DNA of 64,000 nucleotides from Candidatus Woesearchaeota archaeon (GCA_964354405.1 CAYGZP010000002.1:71671-135670), one strand, 5' to 3'. Positions 1 to 9,735 are shown, counted from the stretch's first letter. Numbers and translations: made by a program. Notes: generated by a model from the sequence alone, not told the origin.

Positions 1-17
1 ATAAGAAAAAGTGTAAA

Positions 18-278
18 ATGAAATATAAAGTAATAAAAGGCGAACATTATGAAAGCATTGAAAAGCCTTCAATGAAGGCTTTCTTAGAAACATTTGTTGG
101 AAAATCTCACGATTCACTTGATACACTTGTCAAAAATCTTAGTCCTAATTTTATTGTGAGATCTGAAGATAAAAAATTGATTGAAGAAGGATGCTTTGAA
201 AAAATTCCGGTTTATTATAAACCCACAGATTACATTGTTGTGTATATAACTAAAGAAAGAGAAGATTCTTTATTCTAA
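18..278 (+). CDS. hypothetical small protein (86 aa)
   Basis: Intact ORF with no recognisable motif; sits at the window edge upstream of the convergent ppsA. Confidence 0.3.
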   Translation: MKYKVIKGEHYESIEKPSMKAFLETFVGKSHDSLDTLVKNLSPNFIVRSEDKKLIEEGCFEKIPVYYKPTDYIVVYITKEREDSLF

Positions 279-282
279 TTGT

Positions 283-2712
283 TCAATTGCTGTTAATCGC
301 TTCCCTTATCAGTTTTACAGAATCTATATTCGCTGAGATGCTCGAGATTCCTTTCTTAGCGAGAAAGCGAGCCATCTCCGCTCTCGAGCCAGCTTGCCCG
401 CATATGCTTGTCTTGACACAATAGGTTTTGCAAACGCTTATCACCATCTCCAATAATCTCAAAACTCCAGGATGCATTTCATCATACAATCTTGCTAAGC
501 GTTCATTATTCCTGTCAATTCCAAGAGTAAGCTGAGTCAAATCATTTGTCCCGAAGCTTATGAAATCTATGCCTTCTGCGCACAAATCCTCTATAATCAT
601 GCAGCTCGCAGGAGTTTCAATCATAACGCCAAACTCAACATCCTTGCGAGGCTCTAATCCAATTTCTCTGCACAATGCTTTGGCTTTCTTCACTTCCTCT
701 GTTCTTATGACAAAAGGAAGCATGATTCCAACATTTTTGTAGCCTTTATCATGCAAAATCTTTATTGCTTTGAACTCTGCTTTGAGAATTTCTTTGTCAT
801 CTAATCCTCTTCTGATGCCATGCCAACCGAGCATAGGATTGTCTTCTTCTGGCTCTTCGCCCGCGCCATTCAAATTTCTGTATTCATCTGTCCTTATATC
901 GCTTGTTCTAACCCAAACGCTTTTTCCTTGGAAAGCGTGAGCAATTTTCTCAATTCCGTCTGCTAAAAGCTGCGAATATTTATCAGTCTCGTGTTTTCTT
1001 ACATATTCTGAAGGATGAACCCCGCCCTTCGCTATAATAAATTCAACTCTCACAAGTCCAACACCATCAGCCCCAGTTGCAGCTGCTCTCTCTGCAACAT
1101 CCGGCAAATCACAATTAACCTTGACAAGAGTTCCTTGCTGCTCTCCTGCTCTCTCTTTCCTTTGCTTTGCCATCTCAAAAGCCTCGCGGACTTCAGGAGG
1201 AATTAACATCTGTGCTAAAGCCGGCTTTGGGGGGATGGTTACAGGTTTTGCCTCTGTCTTAGTTTTTTTTATCTCGCTTGCTTTTACCTCACCCTCATAA
1301 ATCTTGCCATTAGTTCCGTCGACAGTTACAATTGAGCCTTCTCGCAATACACTTGTTGCATTTTTTGTTCCTACAACACAGGGCAATCCAATCTCTCTTG
1401 AGACTATGGCAGCATGAGCAGTCAATCCGCCCTCGTCTGTAACAATTGCCTTGGCTCTCTGCATCGTAACAACCATGTCAGGATTAGTCATCTTAGTCAC
1501 AAGTATATCCCCTGCCTTAATCTTGTTCAAATCTTTCAAATCTTTGATTATCTTGACACTGCCGAAAGCAACTCCGTTTGAAGCAGCCAATCCTTCCAAA
1601 AGAACGCGGCCCTGAACCTCAAATTTCTTAGATTCTTTTTCTACAGTTGTCACGGGCCTGGATTGCACAATATAAATCTTGTTTTTTTCAATTGCCCATT
1701 CAATATCCTGCGGCCACTTGTAATGCTCTTCAATGTCTAATCCATAATTAGCCAAGCTTTTCAATTCCGAGTTAGTCAGAACTTCTTTGCTCTGCTCTTT
1801 CTCAGGAACTTCTTCCTTGATTGTATGCCCTTCTTCATCCTTGACAAAGCGCAATTTTTTTAGCCCGAGCCTTCTTTTTAATATCGCCAAGTTCTTTTTG
1901 TCAAGAACATAGCTATCGGGCTCGACTGTTCCCGAGACAACCCCCTCACCCAATCCAAAAACACTTTCGATAACAATCTCGTTTTTGTTATTAGTCAATG
2001 GATTGATAGTGAACATGACTCCTGATTTTTCCGAGTCAATCATCTTTTGAATCACAACAGCGATATAACTTGTCTCGTGGCTGAATCCTTTCTTCGTCCT
2101 GTAATAAATCGCTCGTGCAGTGAATAATGATGCCCAGCATTTCTTCACAGCCTCAAGCAGTTCTTCATTTCCTTTTATATTCAAAAAAGTCTCTTGCTGC
2201 CCTGCAAAGCTCGCAGTTGACAAGTCTTCTGTTGTCGCTGAGCTTCTGACGGCAACAAAGCATTGCTCGCCTTCAATCTCAGTAATGCTTAAAATGTCTC
2301 CGTCCTCTACTTTTTCTTCAACTTTATCTTTGTCAAGATTAAGATTGGGATAAGATTCCACAATTTCATCAGCGAGTTCTTTAGGCATCTCAACTGCTAC
2401 AATCATATTTCTGATCTCTTTTGCCTTAGTCTCAAGCTGAGTCGTGTTTTCCAGATCAATTGCATTTACAGTCTCAAGTATCTTATCTTTTATGCCTGTT
2501 TCGCGCAAAAATGTCACGAAAGCCTGTGCAGTTATAATAAAAGCCGGAGGAACAGGAAATCCAGAATTGAACATTTCAGCCAAGTTTGCTCCTTTGCCTC
2601 CTGCTATAGGGATGTCTTTCTTGCCTATTTCAGAAAGCCATACAATATTTCTCGAACCATCAACGACTTTTTGTGAATCGGTCATCTTGCTTCCTCTTTT
2701 ATAACGATACAA
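283..2712 (-). CDS. ppsA: phosphoenolpyruvate synthase (pyruvate, water dikinase)
   Basis: 809 aa; N-terminal ATP-grasp-like region (GGKGANLAEM), central phospho-His swivel region (TDEGGLTAHAAIVSREIGLPCVVG) and C-terminal PEP-utilising TIM-barrel motifs (GTNDLTQ). Confidence 0.9.
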   Translation of the reverse strand: MYRYKRGSKMTDSQKVVDGSRNIVWLSEIGKKDIPIAGGKGANLAEMFNSGFPVPPAFIITAQAFVTFLRETGIKDKILETVNAIDLENTTQLETKAKEIRNMIVAVEMPKELADEIVESYPNLNLDKDKVEEKVEDGDILSITEIEGEQCFVAVRSSATTEDLSTASFAGQQETFLNIKGNEELLEAVKKCWASLFTARAIYYRTKKGFSHETSYIAVVIQKMIDSEKSGVMFTINPLTNNKNEIVIESVFGLGEGVVSGTVEPDSYVLDKKNLAILKRRLGLKKLRFVKDEEGHTIKEEVPEKEQSKEVLTNSELKSLANYGLDIEEHYKWPQDIEWAIEKNKIYIVQSRPVTTVEKESKKFEVQGRVLLEGLAASNGVAFGSVKIIKDLKDLNKIKAGDILVTKMTNPDMVVTMQRAKAIVTDEGGLTAHAAIVSREIGLPCVVGTKNATSVLREGSIVTVDGTNGKIYEGEVKASEIKKTKTEAKPVTIPPKPALAQMLIPPEVREAFEMAKQRKERAGEQQGTLVKVNCDLPDVAERAAATGADGVGLVRVEFIIAKGGVHPSEYVRKHETDKYSQLLADGIEKIAHAFQGKSVWVRTSDIRTDEYRNLNGAGEEPEEDNPMLGWHGIRRGLDDKEILKAEFKAIKILHDKGYKNVGIMLPFVIRTEEVKKAKALCREIGLEPRKDVEFGVMIETPASCMIIEDLCAEGIDFISFGTNDLTQLTLGIDRNNERLARLYDEMHPGVLRLLEMVISVCKTYCVKTSICGQAGSRAEMARFLAKKGISSISANIDSVKLIREAINSN

Positions 2713-2757
2713 ATAAGAAAAAGAGATATTTAAATTTAACTCGCTTTTTATTTCTGC

Positions 2758-3309
2758 TCACTTCTTGATTTCTTCCACGACTACAGATTTGCTTCCGGGC
2801 AGCTTTGTCTTAATATCATTGAAAATTTCCCTGACAAAAACTATTGCTTCTTTATGACATGCCACTATAAAAATTGCCCTCCCTTTGCTTATCTGGGCCG
2901 CGACCCCTACAGGTTTCCCAAAGCTCAATTGCATGCCCGTCTGCATTCTGTCTGCTCCAGCTCCAGTCAACATCTTGTTCTCGCGCAAGATATGATGAGG
3001 ATAAACACTCACAGCAAAATAGAAATTGCCCTTGAATTTTTCTTCCAAAGCTCGATGACCCCATTGTCTTGCAGATTCTATTGCATTGTCCCTTAGCTGT
3101 ATGGCTTCATTCATAATCAAAGAAACTTTCCATTCATATTTCCCTTGCTCAAACCCAGAGACATCGCCCATGCTAAACTTGGCGATTTTCAAAGGAGGGA
3201 TGGTTTTGACATAGCTTTTGCTCCTTACTTTAGACTTTCGAGTATAACTTCTCTTCACAGTTGTATAACAATGTCCTTTTCTTAGTCCCATAAGAATTTT
3301 ATATAACAA
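2758..3309 (-). CDS. rpl10e: 50S ribosomal protein uL16 (L10e)
   Basis: 183 aa; N-terminal basic RK(G)HCYT...PPLKIAKFSMGD pattern typical of archaeal L10e. Confidence 0.8.
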   Translation of the reverse strand: MLYKILMGLRKGHCYTTVKRSYTRKSKVRSKSYVKTIPPLKIAKFSMGDVSGFEQGKYEWKVSLIMNEAIQLRDNAIESARQWGHRALEEKFKGNFYFAVSVYPHHILRENKMLTGAGADRMQTGMQLSFGKPVGVAAQISKGRAIFIVACHKEAIVFVREIFNDIKTKLPGSKSVVVEEIKK

Positions 3310-3335
3310 GTATTTTTAAAGCTTTCTCGAGAGCT

Positions 3336-5264
3336 TTATCCGAACAAATGCCACAGTTTAACAAAGAATTTTTCTACAGGATTGACATCCTTTACAACAA
3401 AAACAAGTTCTTGTGAAGTCTCATAACTCTTGTTATTCTTGTCTTCATAAGTCAGTTTAAGGGAGATGGGATTCTCGCCAAGGTTCATTTTCCAGGTTTT
3501 CATCTCTACAGGAAGCACATTTGGGCCCTTTTTCAAAAATATAATCTGCTGTTCCTGATATTTCCCATTGTCTATGAAAAGTCTTGCATTTAATGCCATG
3601 TTAGATTCCACGATAAGGTTCATCGGGCCTGTCGAGCCATATCTTGCCCCTATATTTTGCACAGAAGTTATATTTACTTGGGGCGATGACAATAATTTCA
3701 TGTCGATACATGAAACCGCCAAGACATCTCTGTATTCTCTTGTTATTATGCATAACACAAGACATTGCATTTGTAAGGAGTCATTGCCTCTGACAGCAGG
3801 CACTTCCAAGGCAATTTGTTCAATCTGATTCTTGTGTAAAGTCAAATTCTGGCATATCTTCTGATTGCACACGCTGACTCGGGTTTCTTTAGAGCTTCTT
3901 GCATTACAAATCACAGAGACATTTTCATATTCGTAATAAAATTCCTTGTCAGCCTTGCAGTAAAAATCTATCTCGCTTTCTGCCTTGCCGTAAATCTTGC
4001 TGTAAGCTCTCACAACTTCCTGAACTTCCTGCAGAGTCATTCTTGGTTTGTCTCTTCCAATCAATATTGTTGTCTCATCTTTGTTGCCAAATGCATCTTC
4101 AACAGCGATAGTAGCAATGCATTCCTTGCCACATTCTTCTAGATTTTCAGAATCAGGGATGCTTATAATGAAAAAAACTCTTGTCTCGCTGTTTGGTTTC
4201 AAGAAAACAATTTTTTCCTGCTCGCCGAAAACTCCTGGTGCCACAGAAACTCGCACAGGAACCGAGACATAATAATCTCCAAGATTCTCCACAGTAACTT
4301 CAAGAGGCACATAACCATTGAAATCCGATTTCTCACGATATGAAAAAGCCTCGAGCTCGATAGGCAAAGAGGTTTTTTCCTGAGTTTCAATAATGGATGT
4401 ATCAATCTTCAACGCGCTTACATCAATCTGGCCGCTGTAATAATATTCTACACTCGAGCCCACATCCAAGCTCTTTTTCATCACAACGTGGCTTGAATCA
4501 AGCCAACCATACTGCCCGAATGTGACATCATAAGGAATCCATCCATCGCCACCATCCCCAGGCAACCACACTTCAGCCCACGCATGTTCTCTAAGCATCT
4601 TGTCTTTGCCAGAATAAGCAACCCCCGAGACAAACCTCGCAGGCAATCCCAGCGAGCGCGCAAGGGCAATAAACAATATAGTAAAATGCGAGCAAACTCC
4701 TTGTTTATTCTGCATAATCCACGAAGAGTTCTGCATATCTTGTTGTTGTATACTATAATTCATGTTTCTTCGGACATACTCAGCAAGATTATAGAGAGTT
4801 TCAACAGCATCGCTCACCGCGAGTTGTTTCGCCTTATTTCTGATGTAAGGATCCATCACAACAAATCTTGATTCTTCTGTATAATCTTGAAACTCAGAAG
4901 GAATACTAATACCAGTCAAAGATAAATTCTCCTTTAGTTCTTTCAGGAAAAATTCTGTTTCAACAATCGAGTTTACCTTAAACACCAGCGAGCCTGTTTC
5001 ATTAAAATTAAAAATTATTGAATTGCCATCTATTTGAGCTTCAGGAATTGTCATCAAGCTGACTTTTTGATTTTCATCATCGCGGGGAAACAAAGTAAGA
5101 TTAGCAATAATCTTTGTCGCGCTGCTCTGGATTGTGCTTGAAACATTCATTGACAAGGTCAATTTCTTCGTGCTCAAATTAAATTCCTGGGCAAATACAG
5201 GAACTATCGCAAAGAGATAAGTGAATACAATGAACACCCCCATAATCAAAAATCGCTTTTCCAT
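3336..5264 (-). CDS. secreted transglutaminase-like (Cys-His-Asp papain-fold) protein
   Basis: N-terminal signal peptide (MEKRFLIMGVFIVFTYLFAIVPVFA). Core motifs GVCSHFTILFIALARSLGLPARFVSG (Cys), EHAWAEVWLP (His) and downstream Asp, as in the transglutaminase-like superfamily. Confidence 0.6.
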   Translation of the reverse strand: MEKRFLIMGVFIVFTYLFAIVPVFAQEFNLSTKKLTLSMNVSSTIQSSATKIIANLTLFPRDDENQKVSLMTIPEAQIDGNSIIFNFNETGSLVFKVNSIVETEFFLKELKENLSLTGISIPSEFQDYTEESRFVVMDPYIRNKAKQLAVSDAVETLYNLAEYVRRNMNYSIQQQDMQNSSWIMQNKQGVCSHFTILFIALARSLGLPARFVSGVAYSGKDKMLREHAWAEVWLPGDGGDGWIPYDVTFGQYGWLDSSHVVMKKSLDVGSSVEYYYSGQIDVSALKIDTSIIETQEKTSLPIELEAFSYREKSDFNGYVPLEVTVENLGDYYVSVPVRVSVAPGVFGEQEKIVFLKPNSETRVFFIISIPDSENLEECGKECIATIAVEDAFGNKDETTILIGRDKPRMTLQEVQEVVRAYSKIYGKAESEIDFYCKADKEFYYEYENVSVICNARSSKETRVSVCNQKICQNLTLHKNQIEQIALEVPAVRGNDSLQMQCLVLCIITREYRDVLAVSCIDMKLLSSPQVNITSVQNIGARYGSTGPMNLIVESNMALNARLFIDNGKYQEQQIIFLKKGPNVLPVEMKTWKMNLGENPISLKLTYEDKNNKSYETSQELVFVVKDVNPVEKFFVKLWHLFG

Positions 5265-5284
5265 TTTATTTTATCACTCTTTTT

Positions 5285-6229
5285 TTATTTTTTCAATTTA
5301 TCTAACAGCGAAGCATATAATAAAGGCAGCGCGATAGTTGCATCACAAAATACATCTACGAACTTAGCTTTGGAAGACATTTTGCCCCAACTAATCCCTT
5401 CTTTCAGGGGCGCTCCGCTCGAGCCTCCTGGCTCTGCCCTGTCCGTAGTAATTTGCACTCCGAAACTTGCAGGTTTAGTGAATTGCAGAGCCTGCTGAAT
5501 ATAATTTTTAGGCACTCCTCCGCCGACATATAAAATCGCAGTTTTCTTCGAGCCCCATGACAACTCGATAATCTCGGCCAAATCCTTGAAGAAATCTAAA
5601 GATATTTTTTTCTTTCTGATAAGTTGGCCCCAAACCATGAGTCCTATGCCAGAATCAGTCAATGCAGGACAGAATATAGGAATCTTGCGCTCGTAACATG
5701 TTTTTAAAATCGATTTGCCAGGAATAAGCTCGCCAAGTTTCCATAAAAATTCTCGAGGCGATTTTGTTTTACTCAATTCATCAAAATTCTGTGTGAAAAA
5801 ATCTTCTGTGGCATCATAAACTTCCTCTTTCATGAATACATTATAAATTCTATCAATTTTTTTCTTATTAAGCTCGACATCATCGATATTCGCCGAACCC
5901 TGATAATGATTAAATCCAAGAGCTTCAATCAAGTCATGAGTTAAATTCGCGCCTGTCGTGACAAACACATCCACTAACTTTTTGTCTAACATATCTATGA
6001 TTATCTCCCTCATTCCGCCAGGAACAAGAGCTCCTGCCATGCCGAAGAAAACTTTGCATTCTTTATCATTGACAGCAATCTCAAGTATCTCAGAAGCCTC
6101 TCCGAGAGCCTTTGCATTAAAGCCGATATCTTTCATTCCCGCTACAAGCTCGCTCGCCTTCATTCCCCTTGTAATCTTGAGATGCTTTATTGGCTTGAAT
6201 TCCGCCTTATCCTTCACCTTGTCTTTCAT
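5285..6229 (-). CDS. dys: deoxyhypusine synthase
   Basis: 314 aa; DHS-like N-terminus and NAD-binding segments (VFVTTGANLTHDLIEALG, GGGVPKNY); the length fits archaeal DHS. Confidence 0.65.
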   Translation of the reverse strand: MKDKVKDKAEFKPIKHLKITRGMKASELVAGMKDIGFNAKALGEASEILEIAVNDKECKVFFGMAGALVPGGMREIIIDMLDKKLVDVFVTTGANLTHDLIEALGFNHYQGSANIDDVELNKKKIDRIYNVFMKEEVYDATEDFFTQNFDELSKTKSPREFLWKLGELIPGKSILKTCYERKIPIFCPALTDSGIGLMVWGQLIRKKKISLDFFKDLAEIIELSWGSKKTAILYVGGGVPKNYIQQALQFTKPASFGVQITTDRAEPGGSSGAPLKEGISWGKMSSKAKFVDVFCDATIALPLLYASLLDKLKK

Positions 6230-6276
6230 AATATATTTTACAGTAAAATTAAATTTTTAAACGTTTGGCACATTGA

Positions 6277-6915
6277 ATGATGATGGAAAAGGGGAAAGAA
6301 AAGAAAGAAAAAGAAGGAGAGGAAGAAAAAGACAAACTCGAAAGAACTGTGTTATATATTGGCTTGGATGATTCAAACCATGCATGGAACAAGAAAATCG
6401 GAGAGGTTGTAGCCGCAGTTTTTTCTTTTAATTGTGAGGATAGTGTTATTAAGAGACACCCGCACACAAGAGACTCGAGTTTTGTCAATAAATGGTTCAA
6501 AAATCCTAACCGAGATTACTTATTTGCCATTCTTACAAGAGAGGAATTCAGGCACACGTCAACTAATCTTCCTTATGCTGCGCATTATGTAATCGAACAT
6601 TACTTAAAAAATAATACAGATTATGCTTCAAAAATAGAGATGTACCTCGATGGTTGGATTAGATCCTGGCAGAAAGAGCGCCTTAAAGAACATTTTAATT
6701 ATATTAAAGACTGTCCTCGGATAACCATCCGCAATTTCCCAAAAAAGAAAGGGGTTCATGAGTGTCCTACAGTTGTGTATGTCGCGGACATTCAGGCGCG
6801 AAGGCTTTTCCGGACTCCACTAGAAAAGTTGAATGAAAATCCAGGATTGATAACAGTCCCATTCAATGAAGAAATCTTCAACAAATATCGTTACAAGTAT
6901 TGTCGTTACAAGTAA
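6277..6915 (+). CDS. hypothetical protein with Lys/Glu-rich N-terminal tail; possible RNase H-like (RuvC/YqgF-like) fold
   Basis: VLYIGLDDSNHAW...EVVAAVFS resembles the first beta-strand and catalytic Asp of RuvC/YqgF-like nucleases. VVYVADIQARRLF resembles the C-terminal ADxxA motif. The match is weak. Confidence 0.3.
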   Translation: MMMEKGKEKKEKEGEEEKDKLERTVLYIGLDDSNHAWNKKIGEVVAAVFSFNCEDSVIKRHPHTRDSSFVNKWFKNPNRDYLFAILTREEFRHTSTNLPYAAHYVIEHYLKNNTDYASKIEMYLDGWIRSWQKERLKEHFNYIKDCPRITIRNFPKKKGVHECPTVVYVADIQARRLFRTPLEKLNENPGLITVPFNEEIFNKYRYKYCRYK

Positions 6916-6932
6916 AATTGTTACACGTAACC

Positions 6933-7976
6933 TCATCTCATCAGTCTAAGAAGATTCTCGCGGAATCTTGGCAAATCCTCAACTTGGGCTGTTGCTCCGC
7001 ATGCTTTTTCATGCCCGCCGCAAGTGCTTTCAATGTTCTCAAGCGCTTTTGTTGTCAAGTCTCGAATGTTAATATTGCCTCTTATAGAAATATTTGCCTT
7101 GGAGCCTCTGATATAAGCCACTACAATAATTCTATCAGGAAATCTATAGATGAGCTCGTTAGAAATCTCCGAGCTCAAGCTCAAATCCCCCCCATACTGG
7201 AAAAATAAAAGTTTTCTGTGAATCTTGGCAAGTTCCTTAGCTCGCTCGATGATTTTTTCATATCTCCTTCCTATTTGCTTGTATCTTCTGTGTATCGAGG
7301 CAGTTTTAGGAGTCACATCAAGAATCTCCCGAGGACTCTTGATTGTCAGCAAGTTCTTTAACATCTTGACAACATTACTCGTTCTGTCCTTGAGCGCAAA
7401 GTTCAACATTTTGATTATCTTGCCTAAATCTGTTTCGTACAATGCTCGCGCTGGATTCTGGGTAAAAGTGAACAAATCCGAGTATTCCTTGGCAAAATCT
7501 TCCGCGAACTCAGGGATAAACCAGTCTGACAAGCATCCCATAAGCGCAATCCACTCATCTTCTTTTTTCTTCACAACCTTATAACACAAGTAAGATGTAG
7601 GAAAATTGCTCTTGGCATCGTTGAGCAAAGGATTGAAATAATGGATTCCTTCTTCATTGTGATACTCGGGAACAGGATGATGGTCTATCCAGATTATAGG
7701 AATATTCCTCTGATGAGCTTCATCTCTGAACTCTTTGTCTATAAGCGGCTTGTCCAAAACAAAAATATAATCTGGCTTGAATTCTTCTAATTTTCTCGCA
7801 TATGCCACATTCAATTGAGGGAAGCTCTTGATGGCAATTCCCTTGCCCTTATCACAGAATCTTCTCAACAGCAAAAAACTTGCCAGTCCATCAACATCAT
7901 TGTCAAAAAAGAATACCGGGTTCTGGGCGCGCTCAAGATAATCTCTGATTTCTTCAAATTGTTTTTGGCTGAGCAT
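6933..7976 (-). CDS. DHH/DHHA1 family phosphoesterase (NrnA/Pde2-like nanoRNase / c-di-AMP phosphodiesterase candidate)
   Basis: 347 aa; motifs FFFDNDVDGLAS (DHH motif I/II), IWIDHHP (motif III, DHH) and C-terminal GGHEKACGA (DHHA1 GGGH motif). Confidence 0.7.
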   Translation of the reverse strand: MLSQKQFEEIRDYLERAQNPVFFFDNDVDGLASFLLLRRFCDKGKGIAIKSFPQLNVAYARKLEEFKPDYIFVLDKPLIDKEFRDEAHQRNIPIIWIDHHPVPEYHNEEGIHYFNPLLNDAKSNFPTSYLCYKVVKKKEDEWIALMGCLSDWFIPEFAEDFAKEYSDLFTFTQNPARALYETDLGKIIKMLNFALKDRTSNVVKMLKNLLTIKSPREILDVTPKTASIHRRYKQIGRRYEKIIERAKELAKIHRKLLFFQYGGDLSLSSEISNELIYRFPDRIIVVAYIRGSKANISIRGNINIRDLTTKALENIESTCGGHEKACGATAQVEDLPRFRENLLRLMR

Positions 7977-8023
7977 TTTTTATTTTAGTTTTTGCTTAAA
8001 GATTTTTTAAATCTTTACTTCAA

Positions 8024-9133
8024 TTAAATCTTTTTTCCTATCAACGCTTGCTCTTTCAAATTCTCAAGATCTTTGACAAGTTTTCTCGTGTCTTTTTCTC
8101 CAATAAGCCCTGTAAGTTTGCTCGACTGCACGCTTAAAGTATCAATCAAAGCTTGCAAGTTCCCAAAAGTTTCCATAAGTCTCTCGACAGACTCGTGGCT
8201 TATTGAAGTTTTGCTCAATAATCTATAACCTTTTGGTTTGACGGAGTCAGTTATACTTGAATAAAGCAGGATCTGCGCGATATTGCTGGGCTCGAGCAAT
8301 TCATCTAAAGATAATGATGGCAACGCGGTCTTAGAAAAATCCCAATTTCTGCTATAGTCTTTCAAAAGCAAATCTTTCTCTTTCTCCAAATCTTTTATAA
8401 CCTCTTTCAAGAGCATCTTGACAAGGTTTCCCTCGACTCCTAATTCAATGATATATTTTTTTATTGTCCTTGCGATTCTCGATATGATTTCCATTCGCTG
8501 TATGCACAAAGCAACTTCATTGAGGGTTATGAAATTTGTAAATTCAAGAATATTCAAGTTCACGAGCAACTCATTCAAGATTTCTCGATGTTTTTCCAAC
8601 ATTCTCAGAGTTTCAGTAGCCTTGCTCAATATCTCTTCAGAGCTTCTGAGGACATATCTTGTGTTTTTGTAATATAATGTTATAGTTTTTCTTCTTTCCG
8701 AGACTGCTATAACCGGCCTTGTTGTCTGTTTGGCTGTTCTTTCAGCTGCTCTGTGTCTTGTTCCTGTTTCATTAGTATCGATGTTCGCATCCGGCACAAG
8801 CTGGGTGTTGCAGCAAACAATTTTTTTCAAATCATCAGAGAGAATTATAGCACCATCCATCTTGCAAAGCTCAACAAGTTGCTGAGGAGTAAATTTAGAG
8901 CCAATTTTTATGCCGCCGTTAGTAATCTTAAGCACTTCAGGAGAATCTCCCAACACAATCAACGCACCCATCCCCGCACGGGCGATATCTTCTATGGCAG
9001 CGCGCAAATATGTTCCGGGAGTCATTGGCTTTAAAACACTCAAAAGCTCCTCGAACTCTCTCTCTTTCTTCTCATCTTCCAGGGCTTTAAGCTCAAGCTC
9101 TTCCTTAAACTCCTCTTCTTTTTTGTCAGTCAT
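8024..9133 (-). CDS. disA: DNA integrity scanning protein DisA (diadenylate cyclase, DAC domain + linker + HhH)
   Basis: 369 aa; it can be aligned along its whole length to bacterial DisA. Diagnostic motifs are GALIVLG, MDGAIILSDD (DGA) and ETGTRHRAAERTAKQT (RHR). A PKGYRLLSKT linker segment and a C-terminal helix-hairpin-helix region are also present. Confidence 0.85.
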   Translation of the reverse strand: MTDKKEEEFKEELELKALEDEKKEREFEELLSVLKPMTPGTYLRAAIEDIARAGMGALIVLGDSPEVLKITNGGIKIGSKFTPQQLVELCKMDGAIILSDDLKKIVCCNTQLVPDANIDTNETGTRHRAAERTAKQTTRPVIAVSERRKTITLYYKNTRYVLRSSEEILSKATETLRMLEKHREILNELLVNLNILEFTNFITLNEVALCIQRMEIISRIARTIKKYIIELGVEGNLVKMLLKEVIKDLEKEKDLLLKDYSRNWDFSKTALPSLSLDELLEPSNIAQILLYSSITDSVKPKGYRLLSKTSISHESVERLMETFGNLQALIDTLSVQSSKLTGLIGEKDTRKLVKDLENLKEQALIGKKI

Positions 9134-9284
9134 TTTTGTCAGTCATCCTACATCACATTTCAAAAATAAAAAATCCTTAAATATCTTTCTATTAATTTAC
9201 AAATTTACATTAAAGTTTAGAATGCCTATACTTCTACTAAATCTACTAAAATTTCCATCGAGAAAATCCCCGAGTTAGCTCAGC

Positions 9285-9479
9285 TTATTGCCCTCTTGCT
9301 TTTTCTAATCCTTCCCTATAGCTTCTTTTTTCTTCAGCATCACTATCCACCTCAACCATAACCTGCTCTGCGCTAGGAGTTGGATTTACAGTGCCTGTCT
9401 TGCCGCAAAATGGGCATCTCAAGGGCTGTTTCTGATTTTCAAACCTATAGTTGCAAGAGTCACATTGATATTCTGCCAT
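9285..9479 (-). CDS. zinc-ribbon protein (64 aa)
   Basis: CDSC...x16...CPFCG four-Cys ribbon with an acidic C-terminus; it is first in the apparent Zn-ribbon-disA-DHH unit. Confidence 0.45.
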   Translation of the reverse strand: MAEYQCDSCNYRFENQKQPLRCPFCGKTGTVNPTPSAEQVMVEVDSDAEEKRSYREGLEKARGQ

Positions 9480-9735
9480 TTTTTTCTTTTCTATCTATCC
9501 TCGTTTATTATTTTACTTATTTTTAACATCGCCAAACTATTTATAGTTTTCTTTAGTAAACTGCTATAATAAATTTTCAAGAAAACACCTAAAAGTCAGC
9601 AATAAGAACAATAGTGAGAGCAGTAATAGCTAAAATAAGGATAACCACAATCGCTTTTTCCACACCCTTTTTATTCATCTTAATATTAAACCAAGACAAT
9701 TTATAAATTTTCTCTATCTCTATTCTTATCTATTC

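Noticed and set aside
560-2704. Multiple 60-90 aa ORFs antisense to or overlapping ppsA, and similar antisense ORFs inside EF-2, IleRS, IorA and other large genes
   Set aside because: They are embedded in or antisense to long well-supported CDSs. They have low-complexity composition and no SD, so they are spurious.
9255-9300. tRNA-like start 'ccccgagttagctcagc'
   Set aside because: No downstream D-loop GG/AGAGC, anticodon arm or T-loop GTTCRAATC follows. The segment overlaps the 3' end of the Zn-ribbon CDS. It is not a tRNA.
9589-9678. 29-aa minus-strand ORF MNKKGVEKAIVVILILAITALTIVLIADF with a class-III-signal-like KKG|V start, considered as a mini-pilin
   Set aside because: It is far too short for a pilin (mature part about 24 aa), with no SD and no conservation evidence. 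It is likely a chance ORF.
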